Below, in pieces: positions 39,610 to 53,496 of a DNA stretch of 64,000 nucleotides (positions within the stretch are counted from its first letter, which is position 1; each line of letters starts with the position of its first letter). The notes below the pieces were generated by a model. The model did not search any database, was not told where the DNA came from, and was given only the letters and a program-made list of their open reading frames with translations. Made by a program: the position numbers and the translations under genes. The DNA comes from Priapulus caudatus (taxonomy: Eukaryota), in assembly GCF_000485595.1 (NCBI RefSeq), contig NW_014577084.1:555149-619148 (forward strand). Direction: 5' to 3'.

Positions 39610-41640
39610 ATAATAAGCGTTGCGATTATGATTAGCAGCAGCAGAAATAGAAACGACATCGTTGCTATAGTTACTATTGTTATCGGCTATGTCACCGAAA
39701 TCATCTATATTTGCGGTTGTCTGTCCGCACTTCGTCTTTCATCTGAAGCACGGAAATTATAATAGCCGGGAGGGTCCGTCATTATACAGGGATACGAGTA
39801 TATACGTGTGTATAAGCACAGCAGTGACAGTACTATCGCCTCGTTCGTCACAACATGTTGTCAGTTTGTGTGCAACGACGAGGGAGAAGTTCCGTGCATG
39901 CATGTTTACTGCTTCTCACCCTTTCCACGCTGTCTGCCGCGCGCGTCTCAGTGAGATCGTCTACGGTGATCATGTGGCGGCGGGAAAGGGGCGAGTCTAG
40001 CGATCATCGTTATTAACGTAACAGAGAAGCAGGTGCGAGGTAGGTCGGTTTGCCGGTGTGAGGCTGTATTCGGTGGGGGGGGGGAATTCTCGGTGTGTGG
40101 CCGCCACGAGAGTTACGCAAGGCGAGTTGTAACGCGTGAGAGGGCGCGCGCGCGTAAGCTGGGTCAGATTGTCCGTCACCGCCGGAGCTTCTTAACATTG
40201 AATGGCATAAATTGTTATTGTTTTTCGTGTTTGTTTGTTTGTGTTTTTGGAGCGGCGCGCGCGAGGTGTGCGTCTGGCGAGCGAGCGAGCGTCGCTTCCC
40301 CGGTCGCTCTACAGCGCGAGCGAGGCGTGATCGTAAAACATGGCGCATATTTAGTGCACGAAGCGTGCTGTCTGGACATTTTTGCAATAGAGCGAGAAGC
40401 GTTTATTCAGAAACGTTGAGAAGTGTTGAGAAGAAGACCCGTGATAGAATTATCCGATACATGTACGAAGAGGATCGAGATGCACTCTAACGCTGTTGTT
40501 CTCTTCGTGACTACACTTATCTTCATCTTGTTACCGAGTATGGCTTCAGCAGCGATCGGCGTTTGTAGTTTCATTTGATACGCTCCTGGTCCGAATTCGA
40601 ACATTGTGTGCTTGTTGACGATGCGTGTGCATGAATGTTGTGTCCTCCCACGCCACAGGTGTTTGTAAATTACCACGCCTCTGATAGATTACTAGCTGTA
40701 GCCTTAGATTACACTGCGTGTACAACGCATGCGTCGTGGCGCGCATCGTCGAGCGGTTGTCGGCTGTCGTCGGTCGTCGGCAAAGGTTATTGTTACTGGT
40801 TAAAAAATGATTATTAAAAACGCGAGGACGACTCGGAATATTTTGCTGAATGCTGCGACGCGCCTGTGTGCTGCTATAGCGCCACCTTCTATGCCCAAAT
40901 CCTCGAGGCTATCGTTAACGCAGTTAAGCTTTATCTGATTTGCACTCGACACGCGACATGCATGAGCAGTCTGCGCAGTAAACAAGAAAGACGAAGGTGA
41001 CCAGTCTTAATCGCGCACTTAAAATTAATTATGAAAATTGTCATTAGGGAAAATTCGACGAACATGGAGCTGATGATCTCTTATCGATGTTTCATCGCGA
41101 CTGGGTATTGATACGCGGTTTTGTTACCTATGCTGCTGGTACAACGGTTCTTTACAGTCTTGAGCGCAGTGTGAGTGACTTCGGTCCGGGTGTGATTCGC
41201 AGCGAGTGTGTGCGGCGAGAACGCGAATTTCGAGGGGCTGTCTTAAAGAAAAGAAAGTGCGGCGGCGCGGCATATGCGATTTGTTAGAAACTAGGGGGAA
41301 TCGATAGAAGCCACTGATGGGGATGCTGCAGCGAGTGAGTGCGCGTGCAGCAGCAGCAACAGCAGCGTGATGCGTGCGACAGGCGGCGGCGGCCGGCTGT
41401 ACGTGGCGGGCAACCGCGATCTCCTGGACAGATGAATTATTTCGCGATCAGGGATGACACGCGAGAGCTGTAAAGGCACCCGAACACTTCTCGACAGGAA
41501 TTTCATTACTGAATTGTGGATTGGACCGAACAAGCTTGCCTTCGCGCCATGGCTGAGTGCGCGCTCTCTTACCCACTCCCTATTTCACTCACTGCGCGCG
41601 CGCGTGCGTGTATCTGTGTCTATGTGTTTGTGATCGTGTG

Positions 41641-41671
<31 letters not shown>

Positions 41672-41710
41672 TTGTGTATGTGCGTGCGTGTGCGTGTCTC
41701 TTATTCTCTT

Positions 41711-41765
<55 letters not shown>

Positions 41766-42351
41766 TGCGTGGTCTCTCTCTCTCTCTCTTGCGTGGTCTC
41801 TCTCACCCTCCTATCTCGCTCTCTCTTCCTCTCTTGCGGGCCCTCTGACTCTCTCACATACTTTCGTACATCCTCTTTCTCTCACTCTCTCCGTCTTTGT
41901 CTTTTTCTGTCTTTCTGATCTTGCTCCTTCTCTCGCCAGCCATTGCACAGCCTCTATTTGCGGCGAATTTGCACGATAAATGTGTGGGTAATTACGTCAA
42001 GAAATCAGCAGGCAATCAAAGTAAGTTGAGCGACTGCGTGATGAAGGCCCGTCCGTCTGATTGAAAGGCGCGCTCGTTCATTAGGACGGGATGATCGCGC
42101 TTTGTTGAACAGACAGATTAGCACTGTCTTGCAGCATCGAGCTTTTCCTGTTCGGGCGGCTGACAATTAAGTGTTGAGGCGAGCAGCTCGCGAATCTGCC
42201 CGTGTTTCGTCGAGGTAATCGCTGCCACGTCGTCGAGCGGTGCCTGCAGCCACCGACCGTGACTTGACACCACCGTCAATGCTGTCAGCACGTCCCACTC
42301 CATCACCTCAGCCGTCTGCCGTGCTATCATCTCTTTTCCTAGCATGTCTGT

Positions 42352-42490
42352 GATCATCATCGTTATCATCATCATCATCATCAGCAGCAGCAGCAGCAGC
42401 AATAACATTAACAGCAACAACAAAACAGCAACAGTAGCAGCAGCAACAACAACAACAGGCGGCAGGAGCAGCAGCAACAACAACAACAAT
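42352..42490 (+). repeat. Compound (ATC)n/(AGC)n/(AAC)n microsatellite
   Basis: Direct inspection. Confidence 0.9.
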
Positions 42491-43636
42491 GACAGCAGGA
42501 GGCCTTATACACATAGCTTGTATTAGCAACAACAATACATACATACATACATAATACATACATGCATAAGTTGTATTAGCAACAACAAAAACGCCAACAC
42601 CCAGCCGACATTGTGAAATTACGTTAATTTTGCTGAGTGGGATGAACTATTGTAGCACACGTCTGTGACGCCATTAACGTTATGTTCGTTTCGGGCTCTC
42701 TCGTTATTGGAACCATGTAGCATCAAACATCAAATTTTCTCTCATGTCCGCAATTCTGGTTGATTGTTTTTTCCTAATTTAGACACTAAACGAATAGTGG
42801 GGCTTCAACGATGGTGTAATATTTCCAGTTAAATCGTTATACAAACCAGCAGTAAATGTCTGATTCAGCATTTCAGTAAATTCTTCCAGCAGCGATTTCT
42901 ATCGGTCCACATGATTTAGGAATCATGTAATCAAGTGTGACTTCTCGTATCAAAAACAATTGAAGCTAAAACTGTTCCCAGAGTAACTCCCGCTTTAACA
43001 AGCGAATTACCTGGGTAAATCTTTCCACGCGTTTTGAGTTGCTGTTTAGTATATAGCTGCTACTGAGGCTTCCTAAAGTTTGCTGTCATGGTTTTATTTC
43101 CATATCTGTCATGTTCGATACTCTAAACTATGAATTTTTGGTGCTGCATGGGCGTCTATTCAAATCTAGGCGCACTCGAACCAACGGCGGGTGATGTGTG
43201 TGAGGTTTATTTCGTTACATGGCAACATAATATGATAGGAACATGTGAATTCGGGCCGCACACGCCAAACTTGCCTTCTAGGACATGCCGCCGTAGACAT
43301 AACCAAAGTAACACGCAATAGTATTGTGAAAATAACACCGAACGTATAATTTTAATTGATACGGTAGTTTTTGTTCATATGCGCACTGTTACGTCTACTA
43401 TTGCTATGGCGGTGGCATTAACAAATTAAAAGCAATAATAGTTATTATTATTATTATTATCATCATCATCGTCATCATCGTCGTTGTCATCGTCGTCATC
43501 ATCATCATCACTATTATTATGACTGTATTGATGTCGGAATCGTTATTGAATCGTTGTTAGCAACAGTATTATCAGGGGTACATGTCTGAAGGTGAACAGA
43601 ATCTCTTAGCTTGTACTACTGGCATTATTATAATAG

Positions 43637-43667
43637 CAAGAGCTAATAATTATTATGCTAGCTCTTG
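43637..43667. mobile_element. 31-bp mini hairpin CAAGAGCTA...TAGCTCTTG with 7-bp TSD
   Basis: Flanks ataatag/ttaatag. Confidence 0.75.
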
Positions 43668-44784
43668 TTAATAGTGATGTTGTATATATTATTTGTTTAT
43701 ATTGTTTAGTTTGCTTTAATATTGATCAGCACCGTTGCTCTTTTACCTCGTTTTCTAATATGCGTCTGCAATAAAATAAATAGTAAATATAATCAACTCA
43801 ATTACGTTAAAACCCATCTGGTTTTGTCATGTGGATATCCCTGTAACTTCAGGTCGTTCGTTCTCTGCATAGCTGGGAACAGCACTGTTTCTATGCATGT
43901 AATGGGACTGCTTAGTGTCGTTTCATACCCGCGCAGCGTTTGGGATAACCGCATGTTATCGATGTTTATTTTGAAGGTAGCATCTGCCCCGAACTGCTTA
44001 GAGCTACCCTCGCGCTATGCGACTCGCGTGCCATGCAACTCGCGCAACTATGCCACCGAGTGCAGTTTATCCGCTACTACGCGCCCAGACATCCGCACTG
44101 CGGTAAACGTGCACATGGTGAACCCTCCATCATCTGCTGCATGGTTGGTTTTGTATACAGGAGGCCAAACCCAAAAAATCTCAATTTGAGATGAATTCGC
44201 CACGCTAGGAATGACTTATAGTAATAATTGCGGCATGGCTTCAGTTATTGTGTAATTACGCCCCGTCAGAGGCCTAGTTTTTTTCTCCAAGAAAAAAGCA
44301 GCGTAAACCAATTAAGCGAGAAAAACCAGTGCCAGCCGCTCGTGATTACGTTCGCTGCCAGGCTATTCGGGCTTGTCTTTTGCGAAGCGGAATGTTCAAC
44401 AACTAACTGAGGGCCAGGATGCACTGCGTGCGTGTATGTGGGCTAGCGCGCGCGTGTGTGTATGTTCGTGCGTGCGTGCGTGCGTGTGTGCTTGCGTATG
44501 CGTGTACGTGTGTATCTAAACAATCTGGCACTGCGTGTGAGGGGCATCCTGTATGCGTCACGTACTAGGATATTCCCACGCACTCTTTTTTTCCGAATGT
44601 CTACGTATGTTCTACTTCTTATGCGGAAACCCCGTAGTTTTGGCTGTCAGTGGGTATACTCTACGTGTACACTGCTTGTTTAGTTTATACAGAACAAGGT
44701 AGATTTGGGCGCAGAGAGACATAGGTGTGGATGTGCAGTGGCCGTATAAGTGGGAGAATTCGATAGGCGTGTGCGGAGAATTAA

Positions 44785-45040
44785 GAAATAAATATTAAAT
44801 AGAATTATTAATTAGAAATAGAATAGAAATTAAATATTAATAAAGAATAATAGAAATAAATAATAAATAGAATTATTAATTAGAAATAGAATAGAAATTA
44901 AATATTAATAAAGAATAATAGAAATAAATAATAAATAGAATTATTAATTAGAAATAGAATAGAAATTAAATATTAATAAAGAATAATAGAAATAAATAAT
45001 AAATAGAATTATTAATTAGAAATAGAATAGAAATTATTAA
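44785..45040 (+). repeat. 68-bp AT-rich tandem repeat, about 3.5 copies
   Basis: agaattatta recurs at 44801, 44869, 44937 and 45005. Confidence 0.92.
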
Positions 45041-45249
45041 ATAGAATAAAGAGTTGGAGAAAGCAAGATGGGTGAGTAAGTGGAGAGTAAGATAGCAATG
45101 GGTGGAGATTGAGATAAGAGTGATTGAAGAATGAGTGCATGTCGAGTTAGGTATGTGGGTGTGGCTGTGGAGATAATAAAATTATACCGGAAAATTGGTT
45201 TAGGACGAGATAGAAGTAAGTCAATAGTGAGATAGGAGAGTAACAGGAT

Positions 45250-45570
45250 CACAGGCACTTGGAGCGTTTCAATAAAATATAATGCTAAATAAATACGAAA
45301 TCTATTTACTACCAAAGTCCTCTCCAAAGTCCTACCAAAGTCCAAAGTTTCTCTACTCTCTTTCGCCTATTATTGCCGACAATTTCAACCGGCCGGCCGG
45401 TTTTTTGCTACAAATCAAATGCTCCTCTGCAACACACATGTACACCGCACGCACGCTGCCGCACACTGACTATATGTATTTACAGGAAATTGTCGGCAAT
45501 AATAGGCGAAAGAGAGTAGAGAAACATTAAGACTTTGGTAGTAAATAGATTTCGTATTTATTTAGCATTT
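45250..45570. mobile_element. Second copy of the CACAGGCACTTGGA MITE, right end truncated
   Basis: Near-identical left TIR; the right TIR stops at atttagcattt and runs into AT-rich sequence. Confidence 0.85.
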
Positions 45571-45782
45571 ATAGTGATTATATAGCAATATATATAATAT
45601 ATTATAATATATTATAGCAATTATATAGTGATTGTTATACGAAACAAAGATGCGCGCATTTGTGTGATTGCGCACTGTATCGTTGTTTTTGTAAATTATT
45701 AAAGCATGCGTGCTGTTCGTGTGCTCTTATTATATTAATTAATAAATCGCACACGTTCACGCTTACAATAATCGGATGTTAT

Positions 45783-45845
45783 CAAGAGCTAATAAATATC
45801 TTTATTTATTATTAGGTATTTATTATAGGTATTTATTGGCTCTTG
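45783..45845. mobile_element. Mini hairpin CAAGAGCTAATAAATA...TATTTATTGGCTCTTG with 7-bp TSD
   Basis: Flanks atgttat/gtgttat; the filler repeats taggtatttatt. Confidence 0.8.
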
Positions 45846-46201
45846 GTGTTATGTTCATGGCCCTGATAAACACATGTAGGGTATATGCCGTTATTGCTAC
45901 AGCAGTTTGACTCGTGGATGAGAATTTTCGATAGGTACTGCTGATCACAACGTTGCTACTAGCCTTGGCTGCCGGTAGGACATTTCTGCTCGTCATCGTG
46001 TCAGCGTATCTTATGTAGACACTCACGGTAAACGTCGCACAACTTCAATGCTCATGCTCAAGAATGCATGGGCATGCTTAGGAAGCAAGGTTTGTGCGGT
46101 GTTTATTATATAGATAATGAAATTGCCATTACTTGCAATCAATACATAAATTGTTGGACGTGTGTCAGGTACAGTGCCAGAATTTCTTCTATCGCACACG
46201 G

Positions 46202-46204
<3 letters not shown>

Positions 46205-46286
<82 letters not shown>
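46205..46286 (+). repeat. (CA)n microsatellite
   Basis: Direct inspection. Confidence 0.95.
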
Positions 46287-46287
<1 letters not shown>

Positions 46288-49135
46288 CCGTAATTCGTGT
46301 GGCTCTACACGCTTGGTTTTCGGTCACGGTCTCAAGTCAATTACTGGCTGTTACTGTGGCAATTACTGCCGCAGGATCCATTCGCTCTGAATATTCAGCG
46401 CGCGTGGCTTTAGTTCTCGTTGTCACACCTGTAATGATTTTCACCAAGTTTTTTCCCACAGTTTAATTCTTGTAATTATTGCCGTATAATCGCCGAACCA
46501 TGCATAACGCGTGAATATACGAAAATGGTCATGATTGCCATGCTTGTCATTATAGTTGTGAGTGTCATTATTGTTATGGTTGTCATTATAGCTTTGCGTG
46601 TCATTATTGTTATGATGTCATGGTGTGACGTAATTCATAACAAACTTGCCTGGCAATCCAGGTGAAACGAAAACACAATAATATTGATTTAATTAACTGC
46701 TATGATAACAAACTTTAAAAAAACATATTAACCCATCTGTTCTGTTGCCGGTGAGTACACATTTGATTCGAGTATCTTAATCAAACAAGCTGACGTTGAG
46801 TACCACACATTGTCGTAATGCGCTCTGCACTCGACTTGGTTTTGTGTGGACGGTCATTATCATATCGATATTTTCTAATCGGTAATGGTAATGTAGTGTA
46901 GCCCTGGTATTCCGTCGTTACTTTAACTCATCGGTCAGTGATCGTAGACCATGATGGTCGAAGAGGTTGCGTATATTATACATCATATAGACGTCTTTAT
47001 TAAATACATATGTTGCATCGTACATATGCGGGTCAGCTAGCCACTGCCACACCCGACTCCTCTCGAATCTGCTTATCTCTCCATTTTATAAGCATCTCAT
47101 TATGCCATCCGTTCCCGATCAATATAATCAATGAGCATCCCGCGTGCCGTATTGATTCTGTATAATTCTGCTGCCCGAATGTAAGGTGTTCGGACATGTA
47201 CCTATGAGTCATCTCTGTTGGTACTACACTGGGAAATCATTTTCCATAGGCGGCCATACTTACGAAAAAATTCCCATAAATCAGCAGAAGTTTTTTTGAG
47301 AAATCACAATGCCATCCTCTGAATCCACGTCGCAAGTGACACGGTATATGTTGTTAACTAAAAAATTCTTCCATAATTTTTTTGTAAACAAGCTTTTGCC
47401 GGCACGCACTCGAAATGGCCACTTTGCAATGTCATTTTACGCGAAAAAGTTGGCTTTCTTCGAAAATTCCCCGGCCGCCCCAGCAACGCACCCCCCCGGA
47501 CGAGCCGCTTACAATGTCGGATCTAGCGGAGATTCTAGTTTCCGAAATTAACAAATGCAAATAGTTCTAAGCATTTCTAATGAGAAATATCAAATTCAAG
47601 CGCATGCATACACTGAAAAACTATCTCATTCTTGTCCTGTCCCAGCGCTGATTCGCTAATTTCCCACCGTAGTACCTGTGACGGCGCAGTAAGTAGTAAC
47701 CTATTTCTCGTCGCCACAGTAGTGTATAATCGTAGAGGTGATTAGAGAGCTGCTTCGTGATCGTATTCGTGGCCATAATGACACCCGCAGTTACATATCA
47801 ATAATTCATGATGATAAAGTAAGGATTTCTAACAATTTCCCGATCGTTCTCATATTTCCCCTACCATTACAACACTTACTGCTATAGCTTGCGTGACAGC
47901 AAATGTCTACTGTAGGGCTTACATGTTTACTTTAACCGTGTATGATTCACCATTACGTCTCAACAAATATGCAACGATTGAAATTTCGTCGTTGTGTACT
48001 TTGTAGTTTACATGACGATGTCACTTGTTTGATGCGATGGATATGAGATCCTTTCTCTACAATTTGTTAATAGTATTTTGAATTAAGTAATAGAGACGCG
48101 GTACCAGTTTATAATCACTTACGTCACAGAGTTAGATGAACTTCTGTCCGAATGAGATGCACTTGTGTCCGTGGCACGAATTTCATGGCAACGCATCGCG
48201 ACATTAAAAAATGGGGCTGCGTTATTTGTTATTTAATAAATAACAGTATAAGTCCTGGGTAATTTTCCAGCTGGTGTAATAGTAGTAGCCTATCCGCTAA
48301 TAGGTGAGGCTGTATGTTATCGGATGTTGGATGTATTTGAGAGCTGATTGCTTCAAAAGGAAATATTGCGTACAAACTCTGCGAGTAATAATAACTGACA
48401 GTGTGTTTTGTGTGTGATGTAGTCGGGGATGTAACGCGGAGGCAGAGCGGAGGGCGGAAGGCGGAGCGGTGGGAGGCGACGCGGCAATCGTGAACTCCGT
48501 ATAAGGCTGTTTTAGCGCGGAGCGTGCCACCTGTTTGTGCGAAATAAAACTAGTTTTGCTCGCTTTATCAACCCGCCGCTTTGACTGGCTTAACGCGATT
48601 ATAGTGCTGATATAAAATTCAGCCGTTTTTAGCGTAGTGAGATGCGGGAGGAATTATTGTACGGCGTGGGCGGTGGGTGTCTCCGCAGATCGGCACGCTG
48701 CAGCTGCAAAAGCAGCAACCCGCCTCGTTGAATTCACATGAGCGTGTACGCTAACTCGCCAACATCATCGCATCTCTCGGCATCGCGAGACGGAGACGAC
48801 GACCGGAGAAATTCCCCATGTTTTATTTAGTGGAAGATTAATCTCTCGGCTAAAAAAAAATCCACTTTCGTTTGTTGCTGTGTCTTCAAATGATGTTCGG
48901 GACTTGCGGTAATGTAAACATAGAGTAGTGCTGTTTGTCGATGCCTCTTAGGAGTCTTAACCTTTTTGGCTTGAATACGTTTTTAGTAGTGTGCTGCATA
49001 GTGCAGTGGTACTGGTTGTGCTAGTGGGGAGGGGGTCATTCGCAAATCAATTAATGGATCAGGTTATATATGGGAGCGCTGTGAGCTCCCCCAGTGGGCT
49101 CCCGCGCATTTTAGTGTTTCAGACGGCGATTTCTG

Positions 49136-49327
49136 GCGCCCGTTGTCGGAAACAAACTTAGTCTTAAACATTTACTATTTCTCGTAAACGATGGACAGAA
49201 GTTTTGAAGAACTTTAAAGATACATTCTCGTAATTTCACTGATGTTTCTGTCAACCATCTAAGATAAAAAGTTTATGTTAATGTTAATACTAATGCGAAG
49301 ACCAATTTTGTTTCTGACAACGGGCCC
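49136..49327. mobile_element. 192-bp PIF/Harbinger-like MITE with 3-bp TSD CTG
   Basis: ctg|gcgcccgttgtcggaaacaaa ... tttgtttctgacaacgggccc|ctg. Confidence 0.75.
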
Positions 49328-52300
49328 CTGGCCTCTAATGAGCAATAAATTTGGAAAGCAACGCGTAACATAGCGGTTTGAAATGCTCATATTTAACTGC
49401 TTCGCATTTTTTCATTCGTTTTCTGGCATTGATTCTTGGACGGGGTGCCGTGACCCTGCATGATGCCACCCTCCTGAACCTGACAGCGGAGGGTATATAA
49501 GAACCCGCGGAAGCGGTGGTGTACGTTTATGAAAATGTTGACATCATCATTGATTTTGATTCGTTAAATATCATATGAGCAGTTGGTGGATAATTGACAT
49601 CGAATTAATAATTACAACTCTACACAAAGGCAGGATGGTAACTGCGTTTGCTCAGCGGAAACTACTATACACAGGGGAATGATCTGTGTTGACCTCTGCA
49701 CACTGAAGAACTCCATATGGCTTTGTATGCATAAGGTCTATTGATGTGGAATTCAGCAAACACGTGCCGTTGAAAAATTAATGGCCCATTTTATTCTCCA
49801 CGCGATTCGTCGCGTAGTCACTAATTGTGCAGGTCCGCGGCAATGTTCAAACAATATAGCGCTGCATGGACACATTCAGGTGTGCGGTGTTCGTAAAATA
49901 TGCATGTAGTGTTGTTACGCTATTCCGGGTATGGCTTGCTAACTCTGAGCATCTGTCAAAAACGTTCTGGGCGAATTTATTCAAACCTCGCGGAGACGTT
50001 AGATTAGACGCGACAAGTCAAATATGGCATTCCTTATACCCCGTGCCTTCCTTTGAATGAAAATATAGACTGACGTGTGATCGCTATCTACGTGCGTTAG
50101 CGTACGTTGCCGCAGGTGAAGGTACTCAGGAACCCTTGCGTGAGAACCCGTCTCGAACTAAATTAAATATATAAGCGAAATTGGTTCGGATAAAATGTCG
50201 CTAGAGTTGTGTTTAAACCTTTTGTTGGTTCACTCTTGTCGAGTATAGCATTCTAGTACGTAAGACCGATAAACAGGCATGCATGCCTCCGTTACGTGGT
50301 TGCTTCTATTCGGAAGAAGTGAAGCCTGCCGACTTTGGATGTACCTCCGCGAAGCATAAATATTTTACTCGCCTGTAATAATCGTGGCAGCTATTATATA
50401 CGATAAATTATGCAGATGAGCGAGCTATCTACTCGTGCCGGCTGGTGTTAAACAATTAATTAATCTGCTTTTATGACGGGAGTTTGATATGGCGCATTTC
50501 TCGAAAGGTGCGTAGCGTAGATCGATTCTGGACTATTAATAGTTTTGTGCAGACCTCTTTCTATTAATTATTTAGATTACGACTTGCCTAGAGACCCGCA
50601 GCCATGTATTTACCGTACTCTACCTCATATAAAGTAACTTTCGAAAATAATAATGATACTGATGACGATGCCTTTTCCATCATGTGGAACGAAAGCATCA
50701 CTGTCGGTGATATATATTGTCCCGGATACCTGCTCTGTCACATCTGGTTGTACTCAGTGATTAGAAAGAAGTGACGCAGAAGAATCTCTTCCGTCGTAAT
50801 CTGCACGGAGGGTTAAAGTTGCTGATGTAAAGATCTTACCGCGTTGCGCGGTATAGTGTTCTGTATAGTTGCATTCTTTAGTTACGCACGTAACACAGAC
50901 GTACAGAAACACGCACACACGCTCGCATTGACACACGCGGCTAGTCACGCACACACGCACACACGAATGCGCTACCAGTTAACCGTGACAGCGTCAATGC
51001 TTCAGCAGACCACCTGCTGTTCGTGACAGCGCTTTAATCCGTGATGCGATGTGTGGCTTCTTGCATGTAGGCTGAGCGTGGGCCTGGCTCGCTGCCTGCG
51101 TGCTGGCACCGAGACGCATAATGACTGACTCAGTGCTTTCGATGACGTCGATTTGTCGATGAAACTGGGGTGCTTTCCGCTTGCGGTCTCAGTGAATCCT
51201 GGCAATTAATCCACGTTCTCCGTTGATCAAGCTTACCAACGTGTGCGCAGTGATCACCCTCAGGTGTATGCAGCGTTATTACGCTTCCCATTTACTGGCC
51301 ACTGGCAACCAGGGGCGAAAAGCGTAATCTATAGAGCGTACTAGAATAATAATTCCGTAAGTGTTCGGAGCAGGTTCCAGACTATTGCGTCTGACTAGGG
51401 TTTTAATGTGATCGGTGTGAGTGCATCTCTCCTTATCGATAACTAGGTCGTCAGGCTGTCCTTTAGCGGAGATTGTATCGTTTTAAGTGACGTAGAATTT
51501 GTAGCTAAACAGAGAAATTCTTCGTCTTTCGTGCATTAATTTTTCAATGCTAGTAGCAGAAAGGTTTCTAAGTCCTTTTAGACCGCATGTCAGCTCACTA
51601 CTACGGTGGCCCAGTTAGGGCTACGATTACCCCGTTTTCCATTAATTATAACTCTAATCTTAATCCTAACAGTAACCATGCCCCGAACCTTAATTATAAA
51701 CCTTACCCTATGGTTATAAATTTGATGGTCCTTCGCGGCAACCGTGCTCTACTGAGCTTTATTGAAAAGATGATTGGCATGGAATTATGACGTAAAATCA
51801 CGAATTATTCGCATTTTAAAATAATCTCAGCATTTGTCAATGTAATTATTATGCTATTAGGATATATTTGGTTGTAAATTAATTCAGTTTATTGTTACAC
51901 TTTCCAAACCTTCTATGCAAATTTAGACTGACTCTAAACGTTTATATGGCTGGTGTGTTTATAAGGTTGATATGTGAACTACGAGTCAGTCCAAGGCAAA
52001 TTCCAGATTTAAAAAATGTCAGAGGCCTGATAAAACGGGGACCACTATACCAAGTATCCAGCTAACAAGAGAATGACCACCACGATGATACCGTGTCCAT
52101 ATAAGTTCTAGAACTTGGCAACTCTTTCTAAACAGCTCGGTGTTGCTACAGTGCTGCCAAATCAATGTATACGCACTGTGTACTGTGCGATGTATATGTA
52201 TACGGTGGTGATTATATAAGGCTTCACCAATCCGTATATATGTCGTATCGGCAGGCTACGCGGAATATGCTTATTCTCTTGGTGACACGATATACACGGT

Positions 52301-52937
52301 CACGATCTAACAGAGACAAGAATATACTTAATCGAATAACACATCTTCGAAGCATTCAAAGCAGTGCATTTCAAAGTGAGTGCATTTCAACAGCAGACAG
52401 ATTAATCTGACGCATGATCAGAGTCATCACGCTCCTCTTCTACACTATTCTCGGGGTTTACCTCGCGATGTTTTCCAGCCACTCATCCCAGCCGGTCGTC
52501 CTAGCTTGCACAGCGTTAGCTCTGCTGTCTTGGCTTCATCAACACTAGTAAAAAGTTGTCTACGGCTCACTGAACTACACGTGTCTGGCTCTTCGTGCAA
52601 TTTCTCCGCCCGCGATTTTTTTATGTCACTAAATTCAACAAATTCCAAACAGCCCTGTCGATTTGCCGGTGTTGTTTCGCGCAAAAAAAGAGAGGGGATG
52701 TTCTCACGTTTTCCATCCTCGCGGGGATTCAGAGAGAGTGCTTGTTTCTCTTTTTGGGATAGCGAGTGTATTTTTTAACACGGGATGGCGATATCTCCTG
52801 ATGGGTGTAGCTGATCGGCGATGTCTACAATACTATACTCGATAAATGCGAGCGCGCTGTGTTGTGTTGCTATTTATAACCAGTAGCTTGTTCCTGTTTG
52901 CCTGGCGAATATGGAAAGCATTTTGTACCAAAAAGCA

Positions 52938-53197
52938 TAAAACTTAGTTTTAGACCTTAAAACCGGGTTTTAAGACCTTAAAACCAGGTTTTAAGGTCTA
53001 AAACCCGGATTTAAATTCTTAATACCTAGTTTTAGGGCGTAAAACTTGGTTTTAGACCTTAAAACCGGGTTTTAAAAGCTTAAAACTAGGTTCTAAGAGC
53101 TTAATTCCAAGTTTAGAGCTTAAAACCGGGTTCTAAGAGCTTAATTCCAAGTTTAGAGCTTAAAACCGGGTTTTAAGAGCTTAAAACTAGGTTTTAC
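52938..53197. repeat. Array of ~20-bp palindromic units (ttaaaaccgggttttaa)
   Basis: About a dozen degenerate self-complementary units in tandem. Confidence 0.85.
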
Positions 53198-53291
53198 GCT
53201 TCCCCGAGGCATTTAGCTCCTGATTGGCTAGTTTGCTTATATGCTAGTTTCTGCGGGACTGCGATACAGTTTCTGGCGCGGAAAACGAACA

Positions 53292-53496
53292 AGGAGGGGA
53301 GAAGCTGGTGGAGAAGGAGGGTGAGAAGGAAGCTGGTGGAGGCAGAGGGGGAGAAGGGAGAAGCTGGTGGAGAAGGAGGAGGGGGAGAAGCTGGTGGAGA
53401 AGGGAGAAGGTGGTGGACAAGGAGGAGGGGAGAAGCTGGTGGAGAAGGAGGAAGGGAGAAGGGAGAAGGTGGTGGACAAGGAGGAGGGGAGAAGCT
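53292..53496 (+). repeat. Purine-rich degenerate tandem repeat (ggagaagctggtggagaagg)
   Basis: Direct inspection. Confidence 0.8.

Noticed and set aside
42118..42559. Signal-peptide-like or polyQ/polyD ORFs
   Set aside because: These are translations of trinucleotide microsatellites within an intron.
52445..52684. Protein-like 79-aa minus-strand ORF
   Set aside because: No recognisable domain or convincing splice context.
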